IMG/VR virus record: IMGVR_UViG_3300032322_002078
DNA length: 64,000 nt
From: an uncultured virus (IMG/VR IMGVR_UViG_3300032322_002078)
Taxonomy: Duplodnaviria; Heunggongvirae; Uroviricota; Caudoviricetes
Reading direction: 5' to 3' (one strand)
The notes under the pieces were generated by a model. It saw nothing but the letters and a program-made list of their open reading frames with translations. It did no database searches and was not told the DNA's origin. Of this stretch, positions 17,341-27,300 are shown piece after piece; positions within the stretch are counted from its first letter, which is position 1, and each line of letters opens with the position of its first letter. Both the position numbers and the translations under genes were made by a program.

Positions 17341-18279
17341 TTATCCTCCCATTAATAAGAATGGTGATATAGAATCACCTCCTCCGCCTCCTGTATCCCA
17401 ATATGTATTTCCTGAACCATCTGTTTTCAAGACTTCTCCCGATGAACCAGCATCATTTGGAAATGTAAATGTATAAGGCGTTGTAGTGTTGCTTGCTTTT
17501 AAAATTAAAGAACCTGCCGTTAGCGCATTGAGAATCATTTGCCCACCTCTAACACCTATCAATCCAAGTTCTAGCATTACAGTGTCTGTAAAGCCTAGAG
17601 TTCCTGCTATATTGCCACCTATCTTAACACGTCCTGATTTAAGTATTTCTAAATAACCCAATGCAGGGTTAGACGATTGCCCAATGTTGTAACTGTCTCT
17701 TGGATTACCAGGAGTATCTTGAAATATATTCGTACTAGTATGCCATTGAACACCTGATGTATTGTTTTTAAACTTCAACCGTTGATTGAAAGCTGATTCA
17801 ATAAATACGTCTGCATTGTTTGTTGAACTGAATAAATACAACCTTGCTGCTGCCGAAGGACTTGAACTTGCGCCTACAATAAGGGCTTTGTTTATATCAT
17901 CCCAATAAAAAAGCGGGTCGTCGGCTAAACTTGATGCAGTGTCGAAAAATGGTATTCTTGTCGGTGTTCCGCTAACGCCTCCGCCCGACACCGTCCAGCT
18001 CCGATCCGAGCTGAGATCATAACTGACGCCGTTTATGGTAAGTGTCCTGGATACCGGAACGTAATTAGCGGCTAGATAAGCCACAAGATCAGCCTGACTA
18101 GCTACGCCTGTACCGGTTGCTATACTACCCCACGCGGCCTCGCCTATCTTGGTGCGGATAATATCGAGTATGTACTGAACCGGGATATCTAGCTCACGGG
18201 TTTTGTTTTGCCTCGGCCTAAGGCCTTTGAGAACATCCGTAACCTCTAGCGGTGGTGATATTTTTGGATTGACTGCCAT
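17341..18279 (-). CDS. tail fibre protein
   Basis: RTLTINGVSYDLSSDRSWTV and TFTFPNDAGSSGEVLKTDGSGNTYW fibre motifs; ends SPFLLMGG. Confidence 0.7.
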   Translation of the reverse strand: MAVNPKISPPLEVTDVLKGLRPRQNKTRELDIPVQYILDIIRTKIGEAAWGSIATGTGVASQADLVAYLAANYVPVSRTLTINGVSYDLSSDRSWTVSGGGVSGTPTRIPFFDTASSLADDPLFYWDDINKALIVGASSSPSAAARLYLFSSTNNADVFIESAFNQRLKFKNNTSGVQWHTSTNIFQDTPGNPRDSYNIGQSSNPALGYLEILKSGRVKIGGNIAGTLGFTDTVMLELGLIGVRGGQMILNALTAGSLILKASNTTTPYTFTFPNDAGSSGEVLKTDGSGNTYWDTGGGGGDSISPFLLMGG

Positions 18280-18633
18280 TTACACATCAGCAAATCTTAT
18301 GGAGTCCGGAATACTGTCATCCAAGAACACCTGTGGATCCGGAACACATGGATCCCCGGCTAGGGACTCTGTTTTCAATACGACCTCAGCGATACCCTCG
18401 GCATCGAGGCAGCTACACGCACAATCCTGGCTTTCATCTGTCAGGGGGTCGGGGCAACTGCGGTACAGCGCGGATGTGAGCCAGTGTAGCTTCACGACTT
18501 TCCCCAGTCGGCAGTTAAAGAGATTCTGATTGCCATCATAGAGGGCTGCTATAGCCTCTATCATGGCGTCTACCTGAGCGGACTCCGCTATCCAGGCTCT
18601 TTTTTGAAGCTCGGTTTTGGTATAGGCGTTCAT
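18280..18633 (-). CDS. hypothetical Cys-rich virion protein
   Basis: 117 aa in the tail operon. Confidence 0.6.
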   Translation of the reverse strand: MNAYTKTELQKRAWIAESAQVDAMIEAIAALYDGNQNLFNCRLGKVVKLHWLTSALYRSCPDPLTDESQDCACSCLDAEGIAEVVLKTESLAGDPCVPDPQVFLDDSIPDSIRFADV

Positions 18634-19854
18634 TTAGGCCTTGAGTTTTGCGTACAGCATTTTAACAGCTATAGAGCCGTCACCTGCTAAAGGATCACTT
18701 GTCTCGGTTCTGTAATACGTGGGTTGATTGGTTACTATCTGAGTAGCAGCGGATCCAATAGGAAGCCACATGGCGGCTTGAAACATACTGGATGTAAAGC
18801 CCAGCAACCCTGTTTTAGTAATAGCCGGCTGTGCGGCGCTACTCTGCCAGAGTGAGCCGTTCAGGTTAGTGGTATATGCGACACCGTTAAACGTACAGCT
18901 AACAATCATAGCCAAGGGGAAGTCTATAGAACTCGCCCCTGGAGCTGCCTTTACAAGAACCGGGGTTGTATTGGATTGCGCGACCTGCGCGGCACCTATA
19001 TTCACCTCCGCCAAGCCTAGTGCTATTAAATCAGATTCCAAGTTATCGAACCCGATTTTGCCCGCCACGATAGCAGAGCCGTTGTGCTTGATGATCTGCC
19101 CGGCTGTCAGAGTTAATACAGACATAAGGCCTGTGCTGGATGTTGTATTGGCTAGAATACTGTAACCCGCTATCTGAGGGAAGTCGGATAGCGCAAGAGT
19201 TTTGGATGTAATAATACCTCTCCAAGCCGTTCCGTCGAATGTCGCGATGACAAGGACGCCTCCATTAAGAGCCTGTCCTGCATTGATTGTGATCCCGAAC
19301 ACCGTCATGGTGTTCCCGCCTAGAGTTATGCCTCCGGCTAGTTCGATGTAGAACCTTGAGTTTTTCTTGACTCCGGAAGTGCCTGCTGTAATCGTATAGC
19401 TGGACAGCAGTGTAACAGCTGCGCCCGATACGACTTGATATTGAGCGCTGGATCCCGCAGTCAGTGTAAGGGTTCCGCCTGCCGCCAATACATTGACAAG
19501 CTCTACATTCTGGGCATTCTGTGGCTGCGATGTGCCGTCGGCATAATAAAACACCGTCCATGCCGTGCCGTCCCAAAAGCACTCGAATGTGCCGGGCTGG
19601 TTGAGCTGATCCGCTGAGATTGTTTTTCCGCAGATCACCACCAGGAAGCCATTGAGATTTGAGATCACGGCATTCCATCTCACCCTGAGTATAGCCGTAC
19701 CCAAAAATGTAGTGGTTGGCGAGATCGAGAAATTCGCTGCCATTGTTAGGCTGCCACTGGAATACATTAAAAGATTCTGCACTTGGCCGAATCCTACGTA
19801 TGGGTCTAGTGTTCCCCCGGCTGAGGTTAATTGAACTGGACTGTAATTATTCAT
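18634..19854 (-). CDS. tail fibre/structural protein
   Basis: G/S/T/A-rich, duplicated (W/F)DGTAW-ending module. Confidence 0.65.
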   Translation of the reverse strand: MNNYSPVQLTSAGGTLDPYVGFGQVQNLLMYSSGSLTMAANFSISPTTTFLGTAILRVRWNAVISNLNGFLVVICGKTISADQLNQPGTFECFWDGTAWTVFYYADGTSQPQNAQNVELVNVLAAGGTLTLTAGSSAQYQVVSGAAVTLLSSYTITAGTSGVKKNSRFYIELAGGITLGGNTMTVFGITINAGQALNGGVLVIATFDGTAWRGIITSKTLALSDFPQIAGYSILANTTSSTGLMSVLTLTAGQIIKHNGSAIVAGKIGFDNLESDLIALGLAEVNIGAAQVAQSNTTPVLVKAAPGASSIDFPLAMIVSCTFNGVAYTTNLNGSLWQSSAAQPAITKTGLLGFTSSMFQAAMWLPIGSAATQIVTNQPTYYRTETSDPLAGDGSIAVKMLYAKLKA

Positions 19855-19855
19855 A

Positions 19856-20746
19856 TTATGATTTTATTAAATCCATTGTGATCGTCCGAAGTCCGACCTG
19901 ATTAGCGGTTGGGTGACTTACTTCAAAAAACAAATCATACGCCGTTGTGAAGTCCAAAGACGAAAGATCTCGCTGCACTTTCAGGGAATTAGCCGTCATT
20001 ATGTCGAATGTCGTTATGACTCTAGCTGTCGACGAGCTAGTTCTTATGAACCTTACTATGGTGCGTGCCACCAATTCCGATTTTATTACCCCGGTGTCTT
20101 CGTGGGATGGCTCGTAACCCGGAGTAAGACTCCTGGTTAAGCTCACCATTGCGGCGCCGCTTCCGTTTACCATAACCCGGCGCAGTGTCCCACGGCTCGA
20201 TGTGAAGGTGTCGACATCGGATTCATAAACCACCACGACCTCATCGCCATTTGCCGTTAGCGTCGCTGCTGGAATCTGGTGAGCCGGAGATACATTGGTA
20301 AAGGTGTTAAGAGTTGCTGTGGTTAATCTAGCGCCCAGGTACTCATAAATCCTGGACGTTCCATTAGCTCCGGCCGGACCGGCGCTGCCTGTTCCGTTAG
20401 CCCCGGCGGGGCCTTGAAGACCTCCTGGAGATACTAACGAACTCAGCGCAAAAGAAGTGCCGGGAGCAGCTGATCCCGGATAGCCCAGATTAATCACTAG
20501 TAGCTGGGTTGTGCCTATGACAGCCGCCACCAAATACCATCCGTAATTAGTTCCATCCGTGATAAACAAAATCTGACCAACCCCGACAAAACCATTTCCG
20601 TATTGCCCCGCCGAACTCACATCTATCGTGACGGCTCCCGCCACGATAGGTTGTGCGAAAGCAGCCGTGGTTATAGTAAAGGCATTTTTACCATCGGCGC
20701 CAGAAGGCGCTATCGGTAACTCAATTCCAGTGCAACATCCTTCCAT
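19856..20746 (-). CDS. tail fibre-like protein with short collagen-like segment
   Basis: GADGKNA and GLQGPAGANG...GPAGANG repeats. Confidence 0.65.
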   Translation of the reverse strand: MEGCCTGIELPIAPSGADGKNAFTITTAAFAQPIVAGAVTIDVSSAGQYGNGFVGVGQILFITDGTNYGWYLVAAVIGTTQLLVINLGYPGSAAPGTSFALSSLVSPGGLQGPAGANGTGSAGPAGANGTSRIYEYLGARLTTATLNTFTNVSPAHQIPAATLTANGDEVVVVYESDVDTFTSSRGTLRRVMVNGSGAAMVSLTRSLTPGYEPSHEDTGVIKSELVARTIVRFIRTSSSTARVITTFDIMTANSLKVQRDLSSLDFTTAYDLFFEVSHPTANQVGLRTITMDLIKS

Positions 20747-20748
20747 TG

Positions 20749-21315
20749 TTAACAGGGTTTACAGTTTTTATTATCGCAGATCGACTGCGCGAATTCAAAT
20801 ATAGCTTGTGCTTTTTCGAACTTGTAGTGCGAAACCGCTTTTTTAAGAGTGAATAATGCATAATTCAACGTGGCGCTAGGGGATAACTCTTTACCGGAGC
20901 ACCCGCAGTCCGCTTTCTCGGCGGCTAGCATTTCATCGGCGCAGCACTGCAGGCCCGCGATCAAGAAAACTCGTTTCTGATAAACGTAATCAACCGCGTT
21001 TGCTGTAGTTGTGCGCTTGATGATGTACTGCCCATCAGGAATGACGTCATCGGCAGTAAGTCCCAAGTCTGTGTTGGCGACCTCGAAAGCAACGCCGGTC
21101 AAATTAGGTAGCGTAGGAAAAGCATTCACCGTATAGACATCAGAACTACCCACGGCCTGGATCTCGAAAGAGTCTGCGGTGACATTGCCTATAACTGGAT
21201 TCGGAGCGCCGAAACCGCCTGGATTCAAAACCGAATAACTTCCGGTGTCGTCGTACAAATACAACTTAAACCTGTCTCCTGATTGGCTTTTATGGAATTT
21301 ATTTACTAGTACCAC
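20749..21315 (-). CDS. tail hub/adaptor-like structural protein
   Basis: DDTGSY...GGFGAPNP, IPDGQY, C-terminal Cys clusters (DCGC, CDNKNCKPC). Confidence 0.6.
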   Translation of the reverse strand: MVLVNKFHKSQSGDRFKLYLYDDTGSYSVLNPGGFGAPNPVIGNVTADSFEIQAVGSSDVYTVNAFPTLPNLTGVAFEVANTDLGLTADDVIPDGQYIIKRTTTANAVDYVYQKRVFLIAGLQCCADEMLAAEKADCGCSGKELSPSATLNYALFTLKKAVSHYKFEKAQAIFEFAQSICDNKNCKPC

Positions 21316-21350
21316 CTGTTATTTTTTTGATGTTCAAATATATGATTTTA

Positions 21351-24300
21351 TCACTTCTTAGATCTTAAAGATTTGATTTGTTTGGTAATGAATTCGTTTA
21401 TGGCGGGTTCTGACACAGCTGAACTCAATACGGCGTCGGTTTCGTCGATAAACATCATTGACGAACCCTCTTTCCCGAATAGATCTTCTAATATAACGCG
21501 CTTGTAACTAGCGGCGCCTTGGTAATACTGAAGACCTTTTTCGATCATGGCGTTAAAAACCTCGATAGGCATTGCCTCTAGCCGATCTGGATTTTCTTTC
21601 TCCACGACATCTCTGATTATGCGCTTATATGAATCCCTTGCTTTTTCCATCTCCTTTAGAGTGAACTGCTTGCGAGTTACGTTACCATCGGCATCCACCA
21701 GGTAGTAATTCGAGAAATCCGCGCTGAGGTGTTTAGTGCTGCCCTTATTCTCAAACATCGCAATGTATCTGGCTTCCGTAGGATTGAATTTGAGTTCGGA
21801 AAACGCATCCACTAGGTAATTAACTCCTAGTGGCAATTCTCTTTTAAGACTCCAGGTCACAGGATATCCGAATGGACCGGTTTCATTGTTATCGATGACG
21901 ATATCGCTTACTATCGGCATTTTGAACACCATGAACTCGTTGAACTCCCTGGGATCTTCTTGCGCCCAATCATTGAGATAGGATATATCCCTGTAGGTGT
22001 TCTTGACCTCTGCGGGCAGCAGCCCGGATGAAATCAGACCTGCTGCCTGTTTTTCGATATACAGCAACGCCTTCTCCATTTTATTTGCATCAGCTGAGCT
22101 ATACATGCCCTCAGAGTTGGTGAGCTGAATTATATCGTTAAGAGGCTTGAGCATGGACTGCTCCTTGACCATCGATAAAGATGATAGTGAAGAGGCCGAG
22201 AGAGATTTGATCGCCCACATGATGCCTCTGGCCTCGGCTTTTACATCATCTCGCCCGGAGAAAAGAAGATCATCATACATCGCACCGGTATCCGAGAACA
22301 AGCTGAATAATATGGGGTTATCCACATACCTTATGAGCTTTCTTCCGTACACATATATGGTTCCGGGTTCCAAGCCTGTGCGTCTTTGGAACGCCATCGA
22401 CATGCCGTAGTTCTTACCTTTGTAGCCATAAAACCTACCGCTTACGAAAAGCGGGATTTCTTTCCATCTCGCTTTTGAGTTCGGCGTGCCTTCCGGGGCT
22501 TCCGGATCTCCAAACATGTAATTAATTCTCCTGTTTACCGGGATGGACTGCAGGACATCTATGCCCTCTGATTTTAACCGATCCAATTCTTCTTGCGAGA
22601 ACCGATCTTTTTCTGGATCTTCATCATAGCCCGTCATGATTGCCGATAGTACCTGAGAACCCACCGCCATAGCTACACCTACTTTAGCCGCATTGAAAAA
22701 TACGTAATCAATGAGCATGTCCTGCTTCTCTTTATTGAAAGCGCCGGTGCCATAAAAATCAGTTCGGATGCCATGTCGGTCCGCTAGTTCCTTGGATATG
22801 ACAAGACCCCTTCTTTTCTCCATCATGCGTACCGGTAATAGAATTCCGCCGGTCAGCATGTTTGTCTTCAGCGCCCATGCCGTGAAGTTCATGGGGGCGT
22901 TAACAAAGGTCGCGATGAAGAATTTAGACATCGGGATGAATTTGCCTAGGTACTGCTGGATAACCGCCACGGCCCCTAGTGTGCCTTCAGGGGTTTCCAT
23001 CAATCCTATCTTGCGGCTCAACCAGGTGGCGTCTGCGATAACTTTTTCTAACCCGGCCTGGGTTAACCCGGAGAGGTAATCGTGCTGAGCTGCTAGCGCT
23101 TTTGCCCGGCTGTTGATGGTTTGATAAGTGATCTCCATGATGCGTGATTGTATCATGAGCTTGTTATCCCTTATGACCTTGGCCTTGGTTTTGTCATCGG
23201 CTCCCTGCGGGGTGTCGGTCATGGTGTACAGCTCTTCCATGGCCTTAATGACGGCTCCCATCCAAACATTTCCATTTGACCCCAATATCTCGTCAACTAT
23301 CTCGGCTTTCTGGGCTTGAGTTAACTTGACCCCCTTGCCGGGGTTATTGAGGTTGTATTCCTTGGTTATACTTTCCAGGTAATCATACATGAGGTCAGCT
23401 GTATGCCCTTGTTGGGCCATAGCTGCTGTCAGCATATCGATCCCGCCTAGTATTCTGCCCGGCATCCTGGTGAATCTTCCCCATGCGCGAGCCAGTTTTG
23501 TTTTTCCGTTTTTAGCGAAGACCTCTGATACGCTCTCGGTCTCGATGACGTTGGTCTCACGCTTGCCCTTCATGGCCAGCATAAACTCCGTAGCTCCGGA
23601 CGAAAAGCCCGTAATGCTTGCGTTGTTGAAGAAAAGCAACGGCATCAACATATCATACCTAGGATTGTTGGGAGATACGGTTTCTTCGCCTAGTTTGAAA
23701 TGTAGCTCCCCCTTTTTTATCGGAACCCCATCCATATCCACCATGTCTTTAGTGGCGGTTTCTTCACTTAACTTGTATCCGGTTTTACTAAAGAAACCCT
23801 TAGCGGCCAGACCGGCCGCGTAGACGTTACCGCCCAAAGCATTTCTGGCTACTGTCCTTAAAGTTGTGTAAGGGAATGTAAGCGCATTCGAATTAAATGC
23901 CTTCATCATGGTATCGCTTGACATCAGGATAAAGGAGTAGAAATGCGCTGTGATTACAGCCAACTTGCTGAACTGATTTTCGATTTGATGCATCCTGACG
24001 AACTGCATCATCTCGTTGTAGAGGTGGGATCTGAATACGCTGTCAACAGGCGTCTTCGATATCATTTCGGCGTAGGTCTCCAAGATGTCTCTGACGTCGT
24101 CATCCATGTACGGCACATTGAACATCTCACTGAATAACTTGGCGGCATCAGTCAGGCTTCCGTCTGGATTCGTGACCGTGAGTTTACCGGGTTCGAATGC
24201 GCCGTATTTTATCAGCCTGAAGAGCCTTTCGGCCTCTGGGGTTTCTTTCCTGATGTCTTCCTCAAATTTTTTGGCACTCTTTAGTTTTGGCAAACTTCTC

Positions 24301-27300
24301 TTGAGTGCGCGGATTGACTCATCCTCTAACAAGGTGTCGTACTCATCGGCAAAGGCCTCAGCTAGTGCCATAGATTGTCTAGCGCCTAGTGCGCCGAATG
24401 TGGCTCTATCTATCCTGTCGGCTAGCTTGTTAACGAAGTCAGACTTGCTGTCGGCCTGTATGTCTACAGAAGAAAGTAGTATCTGGTTGAGGTCAATTGA
24501 ATTGGCCTCGATCTCGTCTTTAACCATCTTCTGCAATACAGTGTATTTGTTCCCGTATGGCGTGTCCTTGATTAAAAACGGATCTATGTCGTTTGCGAAA
24601 TAAGCATTAAGATCTCTTTTCATCGCTGCTTTTTCCGCAAGACTGTATATAGTAGGATCTAGGTTGTCAATCATGTCTTCAGCATATCCCTTAGAGAGCT
24701 CCCATGCGCTTTTGGCGTCTGCGAACACATTGAGGATTTCAACTATTTTCTGCTGGGCGGACATGGCCGTATTTGGGGTTTTGCCCAGGTCTTCTGTAGC
24801 CTTCCTGTAGAGCTGATCTATCATGAATGACAGCGGATCGAACGGCTTCTGCCCCTTCGGGGGCTTGGCTTGGTTTACCACTTTTTCTGCTAGTCTTTTG
24901 GCTATGACCTCACCTCTTTTTGCTAAGGCATTAGATTCTACGGCATCCCAGGCGTACACAAAGTAATCCGGATCTATCGACATGATATCGAGCCCTGACT
25001 TCATGAATCGCTTGTGTATTCTACGGAATATCTCTCCCTGATCGTAGATATCGTAGGCATCAATGTATTCCAAAGCCAGATCGACAATGGCATTAACTAC
25101 ATCGGGGTCCAAGGTAGCCGGTATCGCCCTGGCTTTTCGGATTCCGAATTTACCCTTGATGAAGTCGATAATAGATTTTTCTTTCTGCGCCACGCGCTGA
25201 CGCACAGTGGTCGGTACGCTTGGAGGCGGAGCCGGGGGGTTCGGAGCTGTCGGTGGAGTAGGGCTCGCCGGCGCCCCGGAAGCGGCTTGCTGGGCCTGTT
25301 TTACGGCTTGCTTTACTTTTGGCGTTTGAGCTGCCTTTGAAGCCGCTTTTGTTTTTGCTGCCTTAACTCTTCTCTGCGCTTGCTTTACGTCCTGTGACTT
25401 GCTTTTCGGGGCGTCATCATCGGTTAATGCGCGAGCCGATTGAGTTTTTATCTTCCTGGATTCCAGGGAGAAAATCATCTCCGGACTGTTGGCGTAAAGC
25501 CTGTAGAGCGCTGCGTTAGCGCGTCCATCTCTAGTGGCCTGATCCGCTAGCTGATCCATAAAGGATTCCGCCATCAGCCTGTATTTTGTACGAGTGTCGG
25601 CATCACTGGCTTGCCTGGCTAGTTTATAGGCCTGGTTGGCGATGCCTCCCATGACCATTGTTCTTACGCCGCCTTGGAGCTCCATAGCGAAAGACATGAG
25701 CTCGGGTTCGGATATACCATCTATCCCGCCCACAGCCTCCAACATTAGTTCGGCTACAGCTTCGGCCTCGGCTTGGTTCTCTACTGTATAGCCGAGGTTC
25801 CTTACCATGTTTTCGATAATTCTCCTGTTGACCCTTCTGGATGCCGGAAGACCTAGTAACGCTGTTACTACCCTTGATCTGACCGATGACTTTCCTTTTC
25901 TTCCGTATTCCAGTGTCCAGAGCCCGTCCTTCTTTACGTATTCAGGGCGGCGCTCAGACACCACGTCATAGTAAAGCCTGGTGGCATCCTGTACGCTTAT
26001 CGATATCATGTTGTCCCTCAGGCCTATCATGAAGTCCGACACCACTGCGGATACGTCCTTTCTTTCTTGCTCGGTCATCTCGTCGTAGATCTCTTTGGCG
26101 TAGTCATACATTTTACCTTGGAGGCTTCTGTAAACGCTGTCACTAGCTGTTGACAATGACTGCGGATCGTATTCCATGTAAGACGGAACCTTTGCTTTTC
26201 TGGACTCCGACCCGATCGGAGTCTGGATCTCGTCACCCTTGGATTCATATGCAATTACGGCGGGGGAAGACAAAGAAGGGAAGCTGGCTGCGATTGCCTT
26301 CCTAGTGACCTCACCGGAGGATTGTTTCTTTTTTGAAAAATTAACCGCAGACTCAGGTGCAATACCCTTATTACTTTTATCCCAATTACTCTTGTTTGCG
26401 TTGTCGACCTTGCCTATGAAGTCAGATAATCCTGATCTGAATGACTCTTCAGCATCCCTGTAGAGTAATGGGTTAGCCATTGCTCTGTAGTAAATATTAC
26501 TCAACTCTCTTGCCTGGGTTCTTAAATCTGCTGGAACATTAGGATCTCTGTCTATTTCGTAAAAATAGTGACCCACGCCATCGGGTATAGCCCAGCCCAA
26601 GGATGCTCTTATTTTCTTCAACTTGGCTATGGCTACATTTGTGTAATCGTAGTCTCCGTCGTCGTCTTTGAAATACTTTATACCGTCTTTAGCTAGGTAT
26701 CCATCTATGGTCATGACTTGTATTTCGGCTATTTTCCCATTCGAAGTCTGTATCTCAACAAGTCTTTTTGGATATCCGAGTTCAGTTGTTTCCATTTCAT
26801 TCCGCCTTAAATCAAACCGGAATCTTTTAACTATTTCTCGATAAAGAGTTTGGGCCTCTTTGTTATTTCCTACGAGAATATTAACCCTGCTTCCATCGCC
26901 TAGCGCGGTTGGTGTGGAGTCATACCATCGAACCGTTTTTATGGCGGCTCGAGATGGCCTCTTGATAGGGAATTTCGTTACGAAAGACCTTGGAACTATC
27001 TCTGCTATTTCATTGGCTATGGCTTCTATTTCCTTCTTGGCTTGCTCATAGCGAGTTTTGTCGTTTTCGAAAACAGGCTCTATACCATCTGCCAAGAATT
27101 TTTCCAACTCGGATATCTTAGCCAGTTCGTCATCAGTTAGTATCTTACCTTGCTCTGAATAATCTAGCTGTTTTTTACGCAATAATTGATACTTCTCTAA
27201 CTCTTCTGATTTTTCGATTCGTTTTTGTTCTTCGAAGGATCCCATCCTTTCGGTGGCTTTATCCCAAACATTATCGAGGTCTGTCCCGCTCTCGAATAAT

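Noticed and set aside
14300..21315. Diversity-generating retroelement or invertible tail-fibre shufflon
   Set aside because: No reverse transcriptase, no TR/VR pair and no inverted recombination sites seen around the fibre genes
26645..26675. DDDGD in the giant protein as an RNAP catalytic DxDGD motif
   Set aside because: Lacks the NADFDGD/DFDID context and sits in an acidic stretch right after the RelA/SpoT-like motifs
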